A DNA stretch of 64,000 nucleotides. Origin: an uncultured Verrucomicrobiae bacterium. GTDB taxonomy: Bacteria; Verrucomicrobiota; Verrucomicrobiia; Chthoniobacterales; UBA10450. How positions within the stretch are numbered: the first letter of the stretch is position 1; every line of letters begins with the position of its first letter. The stretch spans positions 960,001 to 1,024,000 of the forward strand of contig CAVSDR010000006.1 in assembly GCA_963726745.1 (NCBI GenBank), written 5' to 3'. Both the position numbers and the translations under genes were made by a program. This document shows positions 10,549-19,289 of this stretch, piece by piece. The notes under the pieces were generated by a model that was given only the letters and a program-made list of their open reading frames with translations, searched no databases and was not told the DNA's origin.

Positions 10549-10910
10549 ACCGGCGATCTTTCCCGAGTCAGGATCACGGCCACGTAGGCCGTTTCCGGCA
10601 GGATGTATTTCCGCAGTTCCAGGCGCACCCGGCGCAGCGGAAAAGTAGCCAGCAACTCGAGTATGATCTCGCTGGCTAAAGTTTCGAGAAGACGGTCGCG
10701 CCGCAGCCCCACGAGGCGTGTCACCGTCTCCGCGACCGCGGCGTAGTTGACGGCATTTTCTATTCGATCGTCCAACTCCGAAAAATCACGCGCCGGCCAA
10801 AGCGTAAGGGAGGCGGTCAGCCGTTGCTCATGAGCGCGTTCTTCGTCCGGAACTCCCACGTGCGCGGAAAGTTCGAGCTGCTCGAGGTGAATCGCGTCGG
10901 CGGCGGGCAT
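10545..10910 (-). CDS. folB: dihydroneopterin aldolase
   Basis: HVGVPDEER...Q, SELDDRIENAVNY, LLETLA, RK. Confidence 0.88.
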   Translation of the reverse strand: MPAADAIHLEQLELSAHVGVPDEERAHEQRLTASLTLWPARDFSELDDRIENAVNYAAVAETVTRLVGLRRDRLLETLASEIILELLATFPLRRVRLELRKYILPETAYVAVILTRERSPV

Positions 10911-11012
10911 GGCAGGAAGGCGCTGGGCGACGGTCGCCCGGGCATGGGCCGCAGTTAAAACAATTCCGTCGCGCGGCACAACTCCGGGGAAAGTTTTCCG
11001 TAGTTAGACGGT

Positions 11013-11543
11013 ATGACTCTCCATCGGACGCGCGTCCGCCGGGGTGTGGCGATCGCCCTCAGCGCCGCAACGCTCGGCGGCGCCCTCGGGCTCTGGACCA
11101 CGGAAGAACCGGCCCGACCGAGGCGGCCTGCCCCGCTCCCGCTGTGCCGCGCGACCGATCTGCCGCAGCCTCCGCCCGCCTTCGATTCCGGGCAGCCGGA
11201 TTGGGATAGCTTCATCGGCGGCGCAGCGCTGGCCACTCGTCCGTTGGATTTCGTTCCGCTCTGGGAGGACAAAGACGGCAGCGAATTTGGCAGCGTTCTG
11301 GGCCTCGGGACCCGCGGCGCCGGCGATCTTTTCCGGTGCACGCGCGATGGCCGGATCCGGCCCGTGGCCCGGTTCGCGTCGGCCACGGGCGGCGCCTCGC
11401 CGCCACCGGAAGAGGAACTCGCCGGGATACTCGATGCCTTGGACGCACCCGCGGTCCCAAGGCCGGCGCCATCGGTCCGTGCGAGCGGCGAAAGTCCCGG
11501 ACTGCGCCAATCGGATCGCAACTTCGTCCTGAACAATCCGTAG
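11013..11543 (+). CDS. hypothetical exported protein with a degenerate Gloeo/Verruco-like repeat
   Basis: N-terminal hydrophobic segment; DKDGSEFGSVLGLGTRGAGDLFRCTRDGRIRPVARF resembles the GloVer repeat. Confidence 0.55.
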   Translation: MTLHRTRVRRGVAIALSAATLGGALGLWTTEEPARPRRPAPLPLCRATDLPQPPPAFDSGQPDWDSFIGGAALATRPLDFVPLWEDKDGSEFGSVLGLGTRGAGDLFRCTRDGRIRPVARFASATGGASPPPEEELAGILDALDAPAVPRPAPSVRASGESPGLRQSDRNFVLNNP

Positions 11544-11551
11544 TTTCCTAT

Positions 11552-12028
11552 ATGCGGGTCGAATGGCTTTTTTTGCGGTGGCTGGTTATCATCGGGGCGA
11601 TTGTCGCAGGCGTGGTTTACGCCACCTCGCATTATCGAGGCGAGGAAGGGGTGCATTACCAGGTGGTGCCGCTGGTCCAGGGAGAGAAAGCGCTGGGCTT
11701 GCCCCTGGCCGGCGTGGTGGTGAATCCGCTCAACCGGCAGGTCTACGCGATTGTCGGTGGCGCGGCCGCGCACCCGGCTAACGGCCCGGATTTCTTTATT
11801 GCTTGGTCGACGTCGGAAGGCCAGACCTTCAGTGCCAATTTCGCAGCCGACAACGGCGGTTGCTCGCTCTGTCGCCTGGGGCCGGAGGGCTCCCTCCTTT
11901 CCCATGAAGCACTGACCGCTGCGGGCTCCAAGGCCAGCAGCGCCAGCCTGGACCGCGAAAGCCTCCAGGTGATTTTGCATGCCCTGCCCCACCGGCATCC
12001 TGCGGAACCGGCCGAAGGCCGCCCATGA
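11552..12028 (+). CDS. hypothetical membrane-anchored/exported protein
   Basis: ATG 8 nt after the upstream stop; N-terminal TM WLVIIGAIVAGVVYA; ATGA overlap with next ORF. Confidence 0.55.
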   Translation: MRVEWLFLRWLVIIGAIVAGVVYATSHYRGEEGVHYQVVPLVQGEKALGLPLAGVVVNPLNRQVYAIVGGAAAHPANGPDFFIAWSTSEGQTFSANFAADNGGCSLCRLGPEGSLLSHEALTAAGSKASSASLDRESLQVILHALPHRHPAEPAEGRP

Positions 12029-12222
12029 GCCGGGTGCGAGACGGTCGTTCATCCTACCGGGCCGCGCCGCGCGCGTGCCCGGTCTGCGGTTCCACCTATC
12101 GCACCCGCGGCATCTGCCCGCATTGCTTCCTGCGGCTGGCGCTCGAGCCGAAAGGAACGCTGGATGCGGCCGCCTTCCAGAAAGCCCTGGACGAGACCGA
12201 GGAACGGCACCCGGGGCTCTAA
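12025..12222 (+). CDS. small zinc-ribbon protein (CPxC-x9-CPxC)
   Basis: CPVCGSTYRTRGICPHCFLRLAL; translationally coupled to the upstream ORF. Confidence 0.6.
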   Translation: MSRVRDGRSSYRAAPRACPVCGSTYRTRGICPHCFLRLALEPKGTLDAAAFQKALDETEERHPGL

Positions 12223-12232
12223 CGTCGACTCG

Positions 12233-12592
12233 TTAGCCGACGCGGAAACGCAGATCGCGGATCACTTTGCCGCCAAAGCGCTGCTTCAGTTTCCGAAGGA
12301 TTTCCGTTTTCGAAATGGTCTCGAATTGGTAGTGCAGCGCGGGCTGCAGGACGCGCACAAAGAGAACGCCCTCGCGCAGGCTTACCGGGGCCGAATGCGC
12401 CGCGATGAAGTCGCCGACTATTTGCTGCCAGGCCTCGAAGACTTCGGCCTCATGGAGGCGCTCTTTCAGGCCGAGCTGCTGCATTAATTTTGGCAGCAAA
12501 TCGGAAGGCGCCTGCCACTTGTCGGGGCGCGGTTTCCGCTCCGGGAGCCCGCGCCATTCCGCGAGCACGGCCGCGCGCAGCGCGGGGCTCAT
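12233..12592 (-). CDS. DUF721 / DciA family protein
   Basis: W..IVG..IAAHS.PVSLREGVLFV...ILRKL...IRDLRF pattern. Confidence 0.85.
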   Translation of the reverse strand: MSPALRAAVLAEWRGLPERKPRPDKWQAPSDLLPKLMQQLGLKERLHEAEVFEAWQQIVGDFIAAHSAPVSLREGVLFVRVLQPALHYQFETISKTEILRKLKQRFGGKVIRDLRFRVG

Positions 12593-12594
12593 GG

Positions 12595-14016
12595 CTAGTA
12601 TTTCCGCCGCATATTAGACGGCAGGATGTTCAGCTCGGTGCGGTATTTCGCGACCGTGCGGCGCGCGATCGGGATGCCGCGCTCGCTCAGGATTTCCACG
12701 ATCTCCTTGTCGCTCAGGGGCGAGCTGCCGTCCTCGCTTTTCACCAGGTCGAGGATCGCTTCCTTCACGCTGGTGTTGCTCATGGCTTCGCCGCTCGCGG
12801 TCTGGTAGCCGGGGGTGAAAAAGTATTTCATCTCAAACACGCCCTGCGGGGTGGACATGTATTTGCCGGAGATGGCGCGGCTCACGGTGGTCTCGTGCAC
12901 GCCCACGACTTCGGCGATCTGCACCATGGTCATCGGCTTGAGATGCGCGCTCCCGTGGTCGAGGAATTCCATCTGCCGCTTCACGATCTCGTGCGCGATG
13001 TTCGAGATCGTCTGCTGCCGCTGGTGGATCGACTTGATGAGGAATTTCCCGCTGCGGATCTTGTCGCGGATGTAGTCCTTCACCTCGCTGCCGTTGCCGT
13101 CCTGCGACATGATGTCCTTGTAGGTGTTGCTGATGCGCAGGTGCGGGATTTGTTCGCCGTTGAGGATGATCTGGTATTCGCCGTCGATTTTTTCCACGGT
13201 TACGTCGGGCAGGACATAATTCTGCGGCGACTCGGCAAAAATCTGGCCCGGCCGAGGATCGAGGCGGGCAATGTTATTCGCGCACTTCTGCACCTGCTCC
13301 GCGCTCAAGCCCATCCGACGGGCGATTTCCGGAAAGCGCCGCTTGCCCAGGTCCTGCATGTGCTCGGCGATGATTTTATACTCCAGGCTGCCCTGCTTGC
13401 CCTCGCGTTTCAGTTGAATCAGGAGGCACTCCTGCAAGTCGCGCGCGCCCACTCCTGGCGGGTAGAAGCTCTGGACGAGCGTGAGCATGTTCTCGAAGTC
13501 GTCCTTCGCGATGCCGGTGTTCATCGACATGTCTTCCGGGCTTGATTGGAGAAAGCCGCTGTCGTCGATGTTACCGATGATCACCTCTGCGGTCTTTCGA
13601 TCATCGGCGTCGAGCGCAGTCTGGTTGAGCTGCCCCATCAGGTGCTGCTGCAGCGTTTCCTGGGTGGCGATGGAATCGAAGAAAAACTGCCGCTTTTCCT
13701 CCTCGCTCTGCGACCGGCCGCTGTAGCTGGCGGATTGCGCCATGTAATCGCGCCATTCGTCATCGAGCTTCGCCAGCTGGTCGAACTCCTCCTTGAACTG
13801 CGCGTCCTCCGCGGCGGTCTTCTCCGGCTCGGGCGTCTCGGGGTTTTCCTCGTTCGCCAGTTCCTCGAGGACCGGGTTCGTCTCCATCTCCTGCTGGACG
13901 AGATTGCGCAGTTCGAGGAGCGGCGCCTGCAGAATCAAAAGACTCTGCTGAAGCTGCGGGGCGAGAACCTGTTGGAGCGAGAGGTTCTGTGTTTGATGCA
14001 TCCCGGGGCCAGCCAT
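12595..14016 (-). CDS. rpoN: RNA polymerase sigma-54 factor
   Basis: Q/L-rich region I, PPGVGARDLQECL, HETTVSRA, RpoN box ARRTVAKYR. Confidence 0.98.
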   Translation of the reverse strand: MAGPGMHQTQNLSLQQVLAPQLQQSLLILQAPLLELRNLVQQEMETNPVLEELANEENPETPEPEKTAAEDAQFKEEFDQLAKLDDEWRDYMAQSASYSGRSQSEEEKRQFFFDSIATQETLQQHLMGQLNQTALDADDRKTAEVIIGNIDDSGFLQSSPEDMSMNTGIAKDDFENMLTLVQSFYPPGVGARDLQECLLIQLKREGKQGSLEYKIIAEHMQDLGKRRFPEIARRMGLSAEQVQKCANNIARLDPRPGQIFAESPQNYVLPDVTVEKIDGEYQIILNGEQIPHLRISNTYKDIMSQDGNGSEVKDYIRDKIRSGKFLIKSIHQRQQTISNIAHEIVKRQMEFLDHGSAHLKPMTMVQIAEVVGVHETTVSRAISGKYMSTPQGVFEMKYFFTPGYQTASGEAMSNTSVKEAILDLVKSEDGSSPLSDKEIVEILSERGIPIARRTVAKYRTELNILPSNMRRKY

Positions 14017-14095
14017 GGTCAGAGGGTAAGTGTCTTGGAGCACTGCGAGCAAGCAGTTTTCGCGCCGCAGGCTTTGCGTCACAAGGTCCGGACGG

Positions 14096-14111
14096 CGGAA
14101 CGCGTCCTGCT
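14096..14111 (+). promoter_or_regulatory. candidate sigma-54 (-24/-12) promoter
   Basis: CGGAACGCGTCCTGCT: GG(14097-98)-N10-GC(14109-10), similar to consensus TGGCACGnnnnTTGCW; lies just upstream of the ORF at 14127. Confidence 0.5.
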
Positions 14112-14126
14112 TAAAAGCGGGTAGCC

Positions 14127-14357
14127 ATGAAAATGCTCCCTGTTGCCGTCGCCGCCGCCATGCTTTGGTCCACGGCGTTCAACTCCGCCCATGCCGCCGC
14201 GGAACCGCCCGACCCTCGCCTGCTTGGCGCCCTTAAGGAAGTGCAAGCTCAACAGGCCCAGATCGCCGAGAACCAGGCGAAGATCGAGGTCAAGCTGGTT
14301 TCCATTGGCGAAGCCGTCCGCGTCGCCCGCATTTACGCCAGCCGGGGAGGCCACTAG
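14127..14357 (+). CDS. small secreted coiled-coil protein
   Basis: Signal peptide ending AHA; heptad-like segment; C-terminal RIYASRGG. Confidence 0.75.
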   Translation: MKMLPVAVAAAMLWSTAFNSAHAAAEPPDPRLLGALKEVQAQQAQIAENQAKIEVKLVSIGEAVRVARIYASRGGH

Positions 14358-14359
14358 CG

Positions 14360-14650
14360 ATGAAACGCATCCTGCTTCTCGCCCTCTTCGCGCTCAGTTT
14401 GTCGGCTATTTTCGCGGCGGCGCAGTCGCCTTCGCCCATGGTCATCGTGCCGGCGGCGAAACCCGCAACCGCCAGCGCCGCGCCGTCCGCCGCCGCGAGT
14501 GCGGACAACGACGCGGCCGTGCTGGAATTACTCCAGCAGATCAAGGCCGCGAACGCCGAAGTCCTGAAGCGTCAGGCGACGGTGCTCGAGCAGTTAGCCG
14601 AGATGGAAAAGGCCGCCGACCAGATCAAAATTTACAGCAAGCGCGGCTAA
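14360..14650 (+). CDS. small secreted coiled-coil protein (paralog of upstream gene)
   Basis: Signal peptide MKRILLLALFALSLSAIFAAA; coiled coil; C-terminal KIYSKRG. Confidence 0.8.
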   Translation: MKRILLLALFALSLSAIFAAAQSPSPMVIVPAAKPATASAAPSAAASADNDAAVLELLQQIKAANAEVLKRQATVLEQLAEMEKAADQIKIYSKRG

Positions 14651-14671
14651 CGCGTTTCCTCAGCGCGCTGG

Positions 14672-16042
14672 CTATTTTTTGGTCTTCGGCTCGAGCTTCC
14701 GGTAAAGCGTCGCCATGCTGATGCCCAGCATGCCGGCTGCCTTCTCACGCGCGCCTTCGACGTGCAGCAAGGTCGCGTCGATGTAGTTCTTCTCCTGCTG
14801 CTGGATGAACTCCTCCAGCGTCTGGCCGACAGGCATCGAGGCCAGCGTTTGCTGCGCCTTGTCGCCTTGCGCTGCGGCCACGATCGCCGGTGGCAGGTCG
14901 CTCGGCAGGATCATGTCTTCATCGCACAACGCACAGGCGCGCTCGATCGCGTTCTCCAGTTCGCGCACGTTGCCTGGGTAATCGTAGCGGCAAAGAATGT
15001 CGACGGCCTGCGGATCGATCTTCTTCGGTTCCCCACCGGTCGCACTGGCCTGCTTTTGCAGGAAGTGATTCACCAAAAGCGGCACGTCTTCGAGCCGCTC
15101 GCGCAACGCCGGGATCTCCACCGGGATGACCGCCAGCCGGTAGTATAAATCTTCGCGAAACGTCCCGTCCTTCATCTTCGGGCCGAGCGGTTCGTTGGTC
15201 GCGCCGACCACGCGCACGTTCACCGGCGAGCTCTTGTTGTCGCCTACCCGCCGCACTTCGCGCTCCTGGAGCACCCGCAGCAATTTCGTCTGCAGCGAAG
15301 TCGCCATCGAGTTCACTTCATCGAGGAAAATCGTCCCGAGGTTCGCTTCCTCGAAGAGCCCGCGCTTGTCGGCCACCGCGCCGGTGAAGGCGCCCTTTTT
15401 GTGCCCGAACAATTCGGACTCGAGCAAATTCTCCGGCAGAGCCGAGCAGTTGATCGCGACGAACGGATGATGTTGCCGGTTGCTATTGAAATGCAGCCCA
15501 CGCGCGACCAGTTCCTTGCCCGTGCCGCTCTCGCCCTGGATCAAAACCGTGCTGTCGGTGTCGGCCACCTTGTTGATTAAATTGTAGACCTGCTGCATCG
15601 CCCGGCTGGTGCCGATGATGTTCTCGAAGCGATATTTGTTTTTGAGTTCCTTGCGGAGGTAAACGTTCTCCCGCAGCGCCGCCTGGTAGTCGAGCGCGCG
15701 CTGCACCGTCATCTGCAGCTCGTCGATCTTGAAGGGCTTGGTCACGTAGTCATACGCGCCCATCTTCATCGCTTCGACCGCGGTCTCGACCGACGCGTAG
15801 GCCGTGATCAGGATCACGGCGGTCTGCCGATGATGCTCCCGCACGTGTCGGAGCACGTCGAAGCCGGTCATCGTTTCCATCTTGATGTCGGCGATCACCA
15901 CCTGCGGCGCGATCGCGTCCAGTTGCTCCACCGCTTTCGGCGCGGAGTTAAATGGGAAGACTTGGTGACCTTTTTCGCGACAGAGCGACCCGATCACTTC
16001 CACCATGGCTGGCTCGTCGTCGATGATGATGATTTTTGCCAT
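14672..16042 (-). CDS. sigma-54-dependent response regulator (NtrC/AtoC family bEBP)
   Basis: Receiver domain, GESGTGKE, ESELFGH..GAFTGA, FLDE, FREDLYYRL, YPGNVREL, Fis-type HTH. Confidence 0.95.
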   Translation of the reverse strand: MAKIIIIDDEPAMVEVIGSLCREKGHQVFPFNSAPKAVEQLDAIAPQVVIADIKMETMTGFDVLRHVREHHRQTAVILITAYASVETAVEAMKMGAYDYVTKPFKIDELQMTVQRALDYQAALRENVYLRKELKNKYRFENIIGTSRAMQQVYNLINKVADTDSTVLIQGESGTGKELVARGLHFNSNRQHHPFVAINCSALPENLLESELFGHKKGAFTGAVADKRGLFEEANLGTIFLDEVNSMATSLQTKLLRVLQEREVRRVGDNKSSPVNVRVVGATNEPLGPKMKDGTFREDLYYRLAVIPVEIPALRERLEDVPLLVNHFLQKQASATGGEPKKIDPQAVDILCRYDYPGNVRELENAIERACALCDEDMILPSDLPPAIVAAAQGDKAQQTLASMPVGQTLEEFIQQQEKNYIDATLLHVEGAREKAAGMLGISMATLYRKLEPKTKK

Positions 16043-16099
16043 AATCGCAGGGCGGAGAGTAGTTTCAGTTTTGAGAAAAGCAACGTCAGAAACGAGAAT

Positions 16100-17287
16100 C
16101 TACCTAGGCAGCGCGACCTCGCCGCGCAACATCCTCCACGGCACTTCGCCGCGAAATTCCACTGCGCTCTCAAACACATCGTCTGCCGCGGTCGCTTCGG
16201 TGGGGACGACGATTAAATCCGCATAAGAACCCGGCGCGATCCGCCCGAGCACTGCTCCACTCTGCAACGCCCGCGCGGGATGCGTTGTCACCATCGCAAG
16301 AATTTCGCGCGCTGAAATTGCTGGCTGTTGCTGGCGAAACTCCCGCATTTCCGCGAAGAGACTCAGATCGTCGTTGCTCGCGAGGCTGTCGGTCGCCAGG
16401 CAAATATTGAACCCGCGCGCGCGCAAATCTCCGAAGCGAAACCGCGTGTGCCCGAAGAACGCATGCGAGCGCGGGCAATGCGCGACATGGAACCGCGGCG
16501 CTGCCTCCAGCAGTCGCAGGTCGTCGTCCGTGAGCTCGTTCACATGCGCCACGATCCAGCGCTCGTCGAGCACCCCCAACTCGAGCAGGTGGGCCAGCGG
16601 CGTGAGCGCGCGCGCGCAATCTCCCATCGGTCGCCCGAGCTCGCGCAGAAACTCAAACATCTCCCCGCGTCCTTCGCGAAACATCGCCATCTCCTCCCGC
16701 GACTCCGCCAGGTGTGTGGTTGCCAGCACACCCGCCGCCGCGGTCGCGCGATATAACTCCGCCGATGCCGTGTAGGGCGCATGCGGCGCGAGCCCACAAG
16801 GTGCCGGCAAAAGAGACAGCACTTTCTCAACGTCGATCCCTCCGCGCAGATCGATCAATTCCGCGAACCACCAGAGCCGCATCGGCAGCGTCGGCAGCTG
16901 GCTGATTAACTCCGGAAACGCTTCCAAATTCGCGATCGTCGTCGTGCCGAAACGCGCCGCCTCCGTGCAGCCCTCGGTAATCGACCGCAGATAATCCTCC
17001 TCACTCCACGACGCTTTCAGGGCGTTGATCGCGCGAATCCATTGCGGAAAAGGCAGCCCGCGCGGGAGCCGGCCGCGCATTCCTGTATAGTCGAGATGGC
17101 AGTGCGCGTTGATTAGCCCCGGCAAGAGCGCGACCTCGCCCAGATCGTGCACTTCCTCACCACCCCAGCGCGCGCGCACCTCTGGCCACCGACCCACCTC
17201 CACGATCCGGTCGCCGGAGACCACGACCGCACCGTTCTCGATCGGAGCGCCCTCCATGGTCACGACCACACGCGCGCGCAGGATCAT
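16100..17287 (-). CDS. metal-dependent amidohydrolase (nucleoside deaminase-like)
   Basis: PGLINAHCH, APHAPY, THLAES, AHCPRSH, LATDSLASN, GSYADL. Confidence 0.88.
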   Translation of the reverse strand: MILRARVVVTMEGAPIENGAVVVSGDRIVEVGRWPEVRARWGGEEVHDLGEVALLPGLINAHCHLDYTGMRGRLPRGLPFPQWIRAINALKASWSEEDYLRSITEGCTEAARFGTTTIANLEAFPELISQLPTLPMRLWWFAELIDLRGGIDVEKVLSLLPAPCGLAPHAPYTASAELYRATAAAGVLATTHLAESREEMAMFREGRGEMFEFLRELGRPMGDCARALTPLAHLLELGVLDERWIVAHVNELTDDDLRLLEAAPRFHVAHCPRSHAFFGHTRFRFGDLRARGFNICLATDSLASNDDLSLFAEMREFRQQQPAISAREILAMVTTHPARALQSGAVLGRIAPGSYADLIVVPTEATAADDVFESAVEFRGEVPWRMLRGEVALPR

Positions 17288-17294
17288 GGGAAAG

Positions 17295-17897
17295 TTACTC
17301 GCCGCCCTTCACCACCTTGCGCGCCTCGGCTACGAGCAGGTTGCACGCTTCCTGGCAAAGCAACGGCAACGCCGCGGCGGCGGCCGGAGTGAATTTTCCC
17401 GGCGGCAACAAGCTCGAAGGCAACGCGTCCGTGGCATCGCGCCGCCAGAGGATCGTGCGCAGGCAACCGCCGTCCGAGCGACAGATGTGGCCGACTAATT
17501 GGTCGATCTGCGCGTCGCTGATCTTCGCGGCCACGCGATACATCCCCGTCTGCCGCCCGAGCGTGGCCCGCAGCGGAGTCGTGGAAAGCGATCCTGATGC
17601 CCAAGCGCGGAAAGCCGCCAGCCGCCCTGGATAGAAAATCTCCAGCGCCTCTCTCACCGCCATCTTGTCGGCTAATTTTAATTCCCAGCCGTGGCGCAGG
17701 TTCGGCGCAGTGCGGAGCGGGCGAAAATTTCCCGCATCGTCGAAGCGCGCGATTTCCTCCGCATCGTCAAACAAAGGCAAATCTTCGCGCCCGCGATCGT
17801 CATGATGACAAAGCACAAAGCCGCCTGCTTCCGTGCGCCGGCCAAAAAGTTGCCCGATGCGAAACGTCGGCGCCGCGAGCCATTCCTCGATCGTCAC
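17295..17897 (-). CDS. DR2241-family protein with putative Fe-S-binding C-terminal domain
   Basis: GNFRPLRTAPNLRHGW, FYPG, LGRQTGMY, C-x5-CLR..LW and LLCQEACN Cys motifs. Confidence 0.75.
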   Translation of the reverse strand: MTIEEWLAAPTFRIGQLFGRRTEAGGFVLCHHDDRGREDLPLFDDAEEIARFDDAGNFRPLRTAPNLRHGWELKLADKMAVREALEIFYPGRLAAFRAWASGSLSTTPLRATLGRQTGMYRVAAKISDAQIDQLVGHICRSDGGCLRTILWRRDATDALPSSLLPPGKFTPAAAAALPLLCQEACNLLVAEARKVVKGGE

Positions 17898-17913
17898 CGC
17901 GGTGGCGTGGGGC

Positions 17914-18375
17914 TCACTTGAACGCGTGGCCCATCATCAGCGCCACCTTTTCCAGCACTTCGCGGTCGTCCTTGGTAAACGCTCGCTCTTTCATCGTATC
18001 GGCAATGATCACGCCCACGACCTTGTCGCTCTGGCTGATCACCGGGACCACGATCTCCGCGCGGGTCGTGTGGAAGCCGGGCAGATAGCGCGGGTCTTTC
18101 CTCACATCCGGCACCACGATGGTTTCGCGCGCTTCCGCGGCCGCGCCGCACAGGCCCTGCGTCGCCGGAAAACGCGGGTAGCAAACCGGTTCATCGCCGC
18201 TCCCCGCGACGGCCACGAAATCGCCCCGGTTCAATTTGTAAACTCCGACCCAGCAATAGCCGCGCGCCTGCTGGATCATTTCGACCATCCGCTTCACATC
18301 TTTCGGGCCGTTCGCGCCCGCGAGAATGAACGCACCCAGCTCCTGCAGCATCTGGATCGTGGCCGGGTCTTTCAC
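17914..18375 (-). CDS. stand-alone GAF domain protein
   Basis: WVGVY, GLCGAAA..RETIVVPDV..DPRY, EIVVPV, GVI..D, F...D..LE. Confidence 0.85.
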   Translation of the reverse strand: MKDPATIQMLQELGAFILAGANGPKDVKRMVEMIQQARGYCWVGVYKLNRGDFVAVAGSGDEPVCYPRFPATQGLCGAAAEARETIVVPDVRKDPRYLPGFHTTRAEIVVPVISQSDKVVGVIIADTMKERAFTKDDREVLEKVALMMGHAFK

Positions 18376-19214
18376 GCGATCGCCTCCTCCGCGGGCTGCG
18401 CTTCGAACGCTTCCACCTGTTCCAAAATCACATCGGCAAAACGCGGTTCCGTCCCGATCGAGCTCGCGTAGAAAAGCGTGCGCCCTTCGAGCAGATGCGG
18501 GTTCCGGCGAAACACGTCGCCCGCGCGTTGCCGCGCCGTGGCCGAGACGCCCGCGTCCTGCTCCATGCCCAGGAGCACGGGAATGTCTTCATAGCTGTGC
18601 AAGCCATCGGCGATGAAGAACGGCACCACGATCACGTTGGGAGTGTGGGTGAGCTTCCTCCAGTCGGCAACCAGCGGCGCCTCCTCCATGTAGACGTTCA
18701 ACACCGAGGCGTAATCGCTCTGCGCGGCGATCGCTTCCGCGGCGCGTTTGGCCGCGACCGCGCTATTATCGTTCAAGCTCGTGCCATGGCCCACAATCAG
18801 CAGGCTGGTCTCCTTTTCCGGAACGCCGGGAGCGATCGCGCGCGCTCGCGCCAGCAAGAGATCGGTCGCAAGGCGATGGTTCCCCACCGGCTCGCAATAT
18901 TTCCAAACCTGCCCGTCGATCCGCGTGGTCACGCGGCCGGCCAGCTCCAGCTCCCGCGGGATCACCGTCTGCGTGAAGTAACCTTCGCTGATGAAATTGG
19001 GGACCACGAAGACTTCGCGAATGCGCGGGCTTTCGAAGAACAGGAGCGCATCGCGCAAGCTCGGCTCCTCTTTCCAGAAACAGCAGGCCACCTCGGAAAA
19101 GAGAGCGCGCTGTCTAATCTCCGCCGCATGCGCCAGGCTCGGCGTGCTCGAGTCCGGGTTCACCGTCGAGCCGTGGCCCACGATCAGGAGCGCGGCATTT
19201 TCTCGGCGCGTCAT
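18372..19214 (-). CDS. CbiX/SirB-family chelatase-like protein (DR2241 N-terminal type)
   Basis: Two CbiX halves: IVGHGS...FWKEEP...VVPNFISEGYF and IVGHGT...VVPFFIADGLHSYEDIP. Confidence 0.85.
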   Translation of the reverse strand: MTRRENAALLIVGHGSTVNPDSSTPSLAHAAEIRQRALFSEVACCFWKEEPSLRDALLFFESPRIREVFVVPNFISEGYFTQTVIPRELELAGRVTTRIDGQVWKYCEPVGNHRLATDLLLARARAIAPGVPEKETSLLIVGHGTSLNDNSAVAAKRAAEAIAAQSDYASVLNVYMEEAPLVADWRKLTHTPNVIVVPFFIADGLHSYEDIPVLLGMEQDAGVSATARQRAGDVFRRNPHLLEGRTLFYASSIGTEPRFADVILEQVEAFEAQPAEEAIA

Positions 19215-19289
19215 GCGGAGAAGGTCAACGCCCTGCGCGCATGGTTCAACGGGCAATTGCACCGCTCGCTCGCGGCGGTAATCTCCCGT

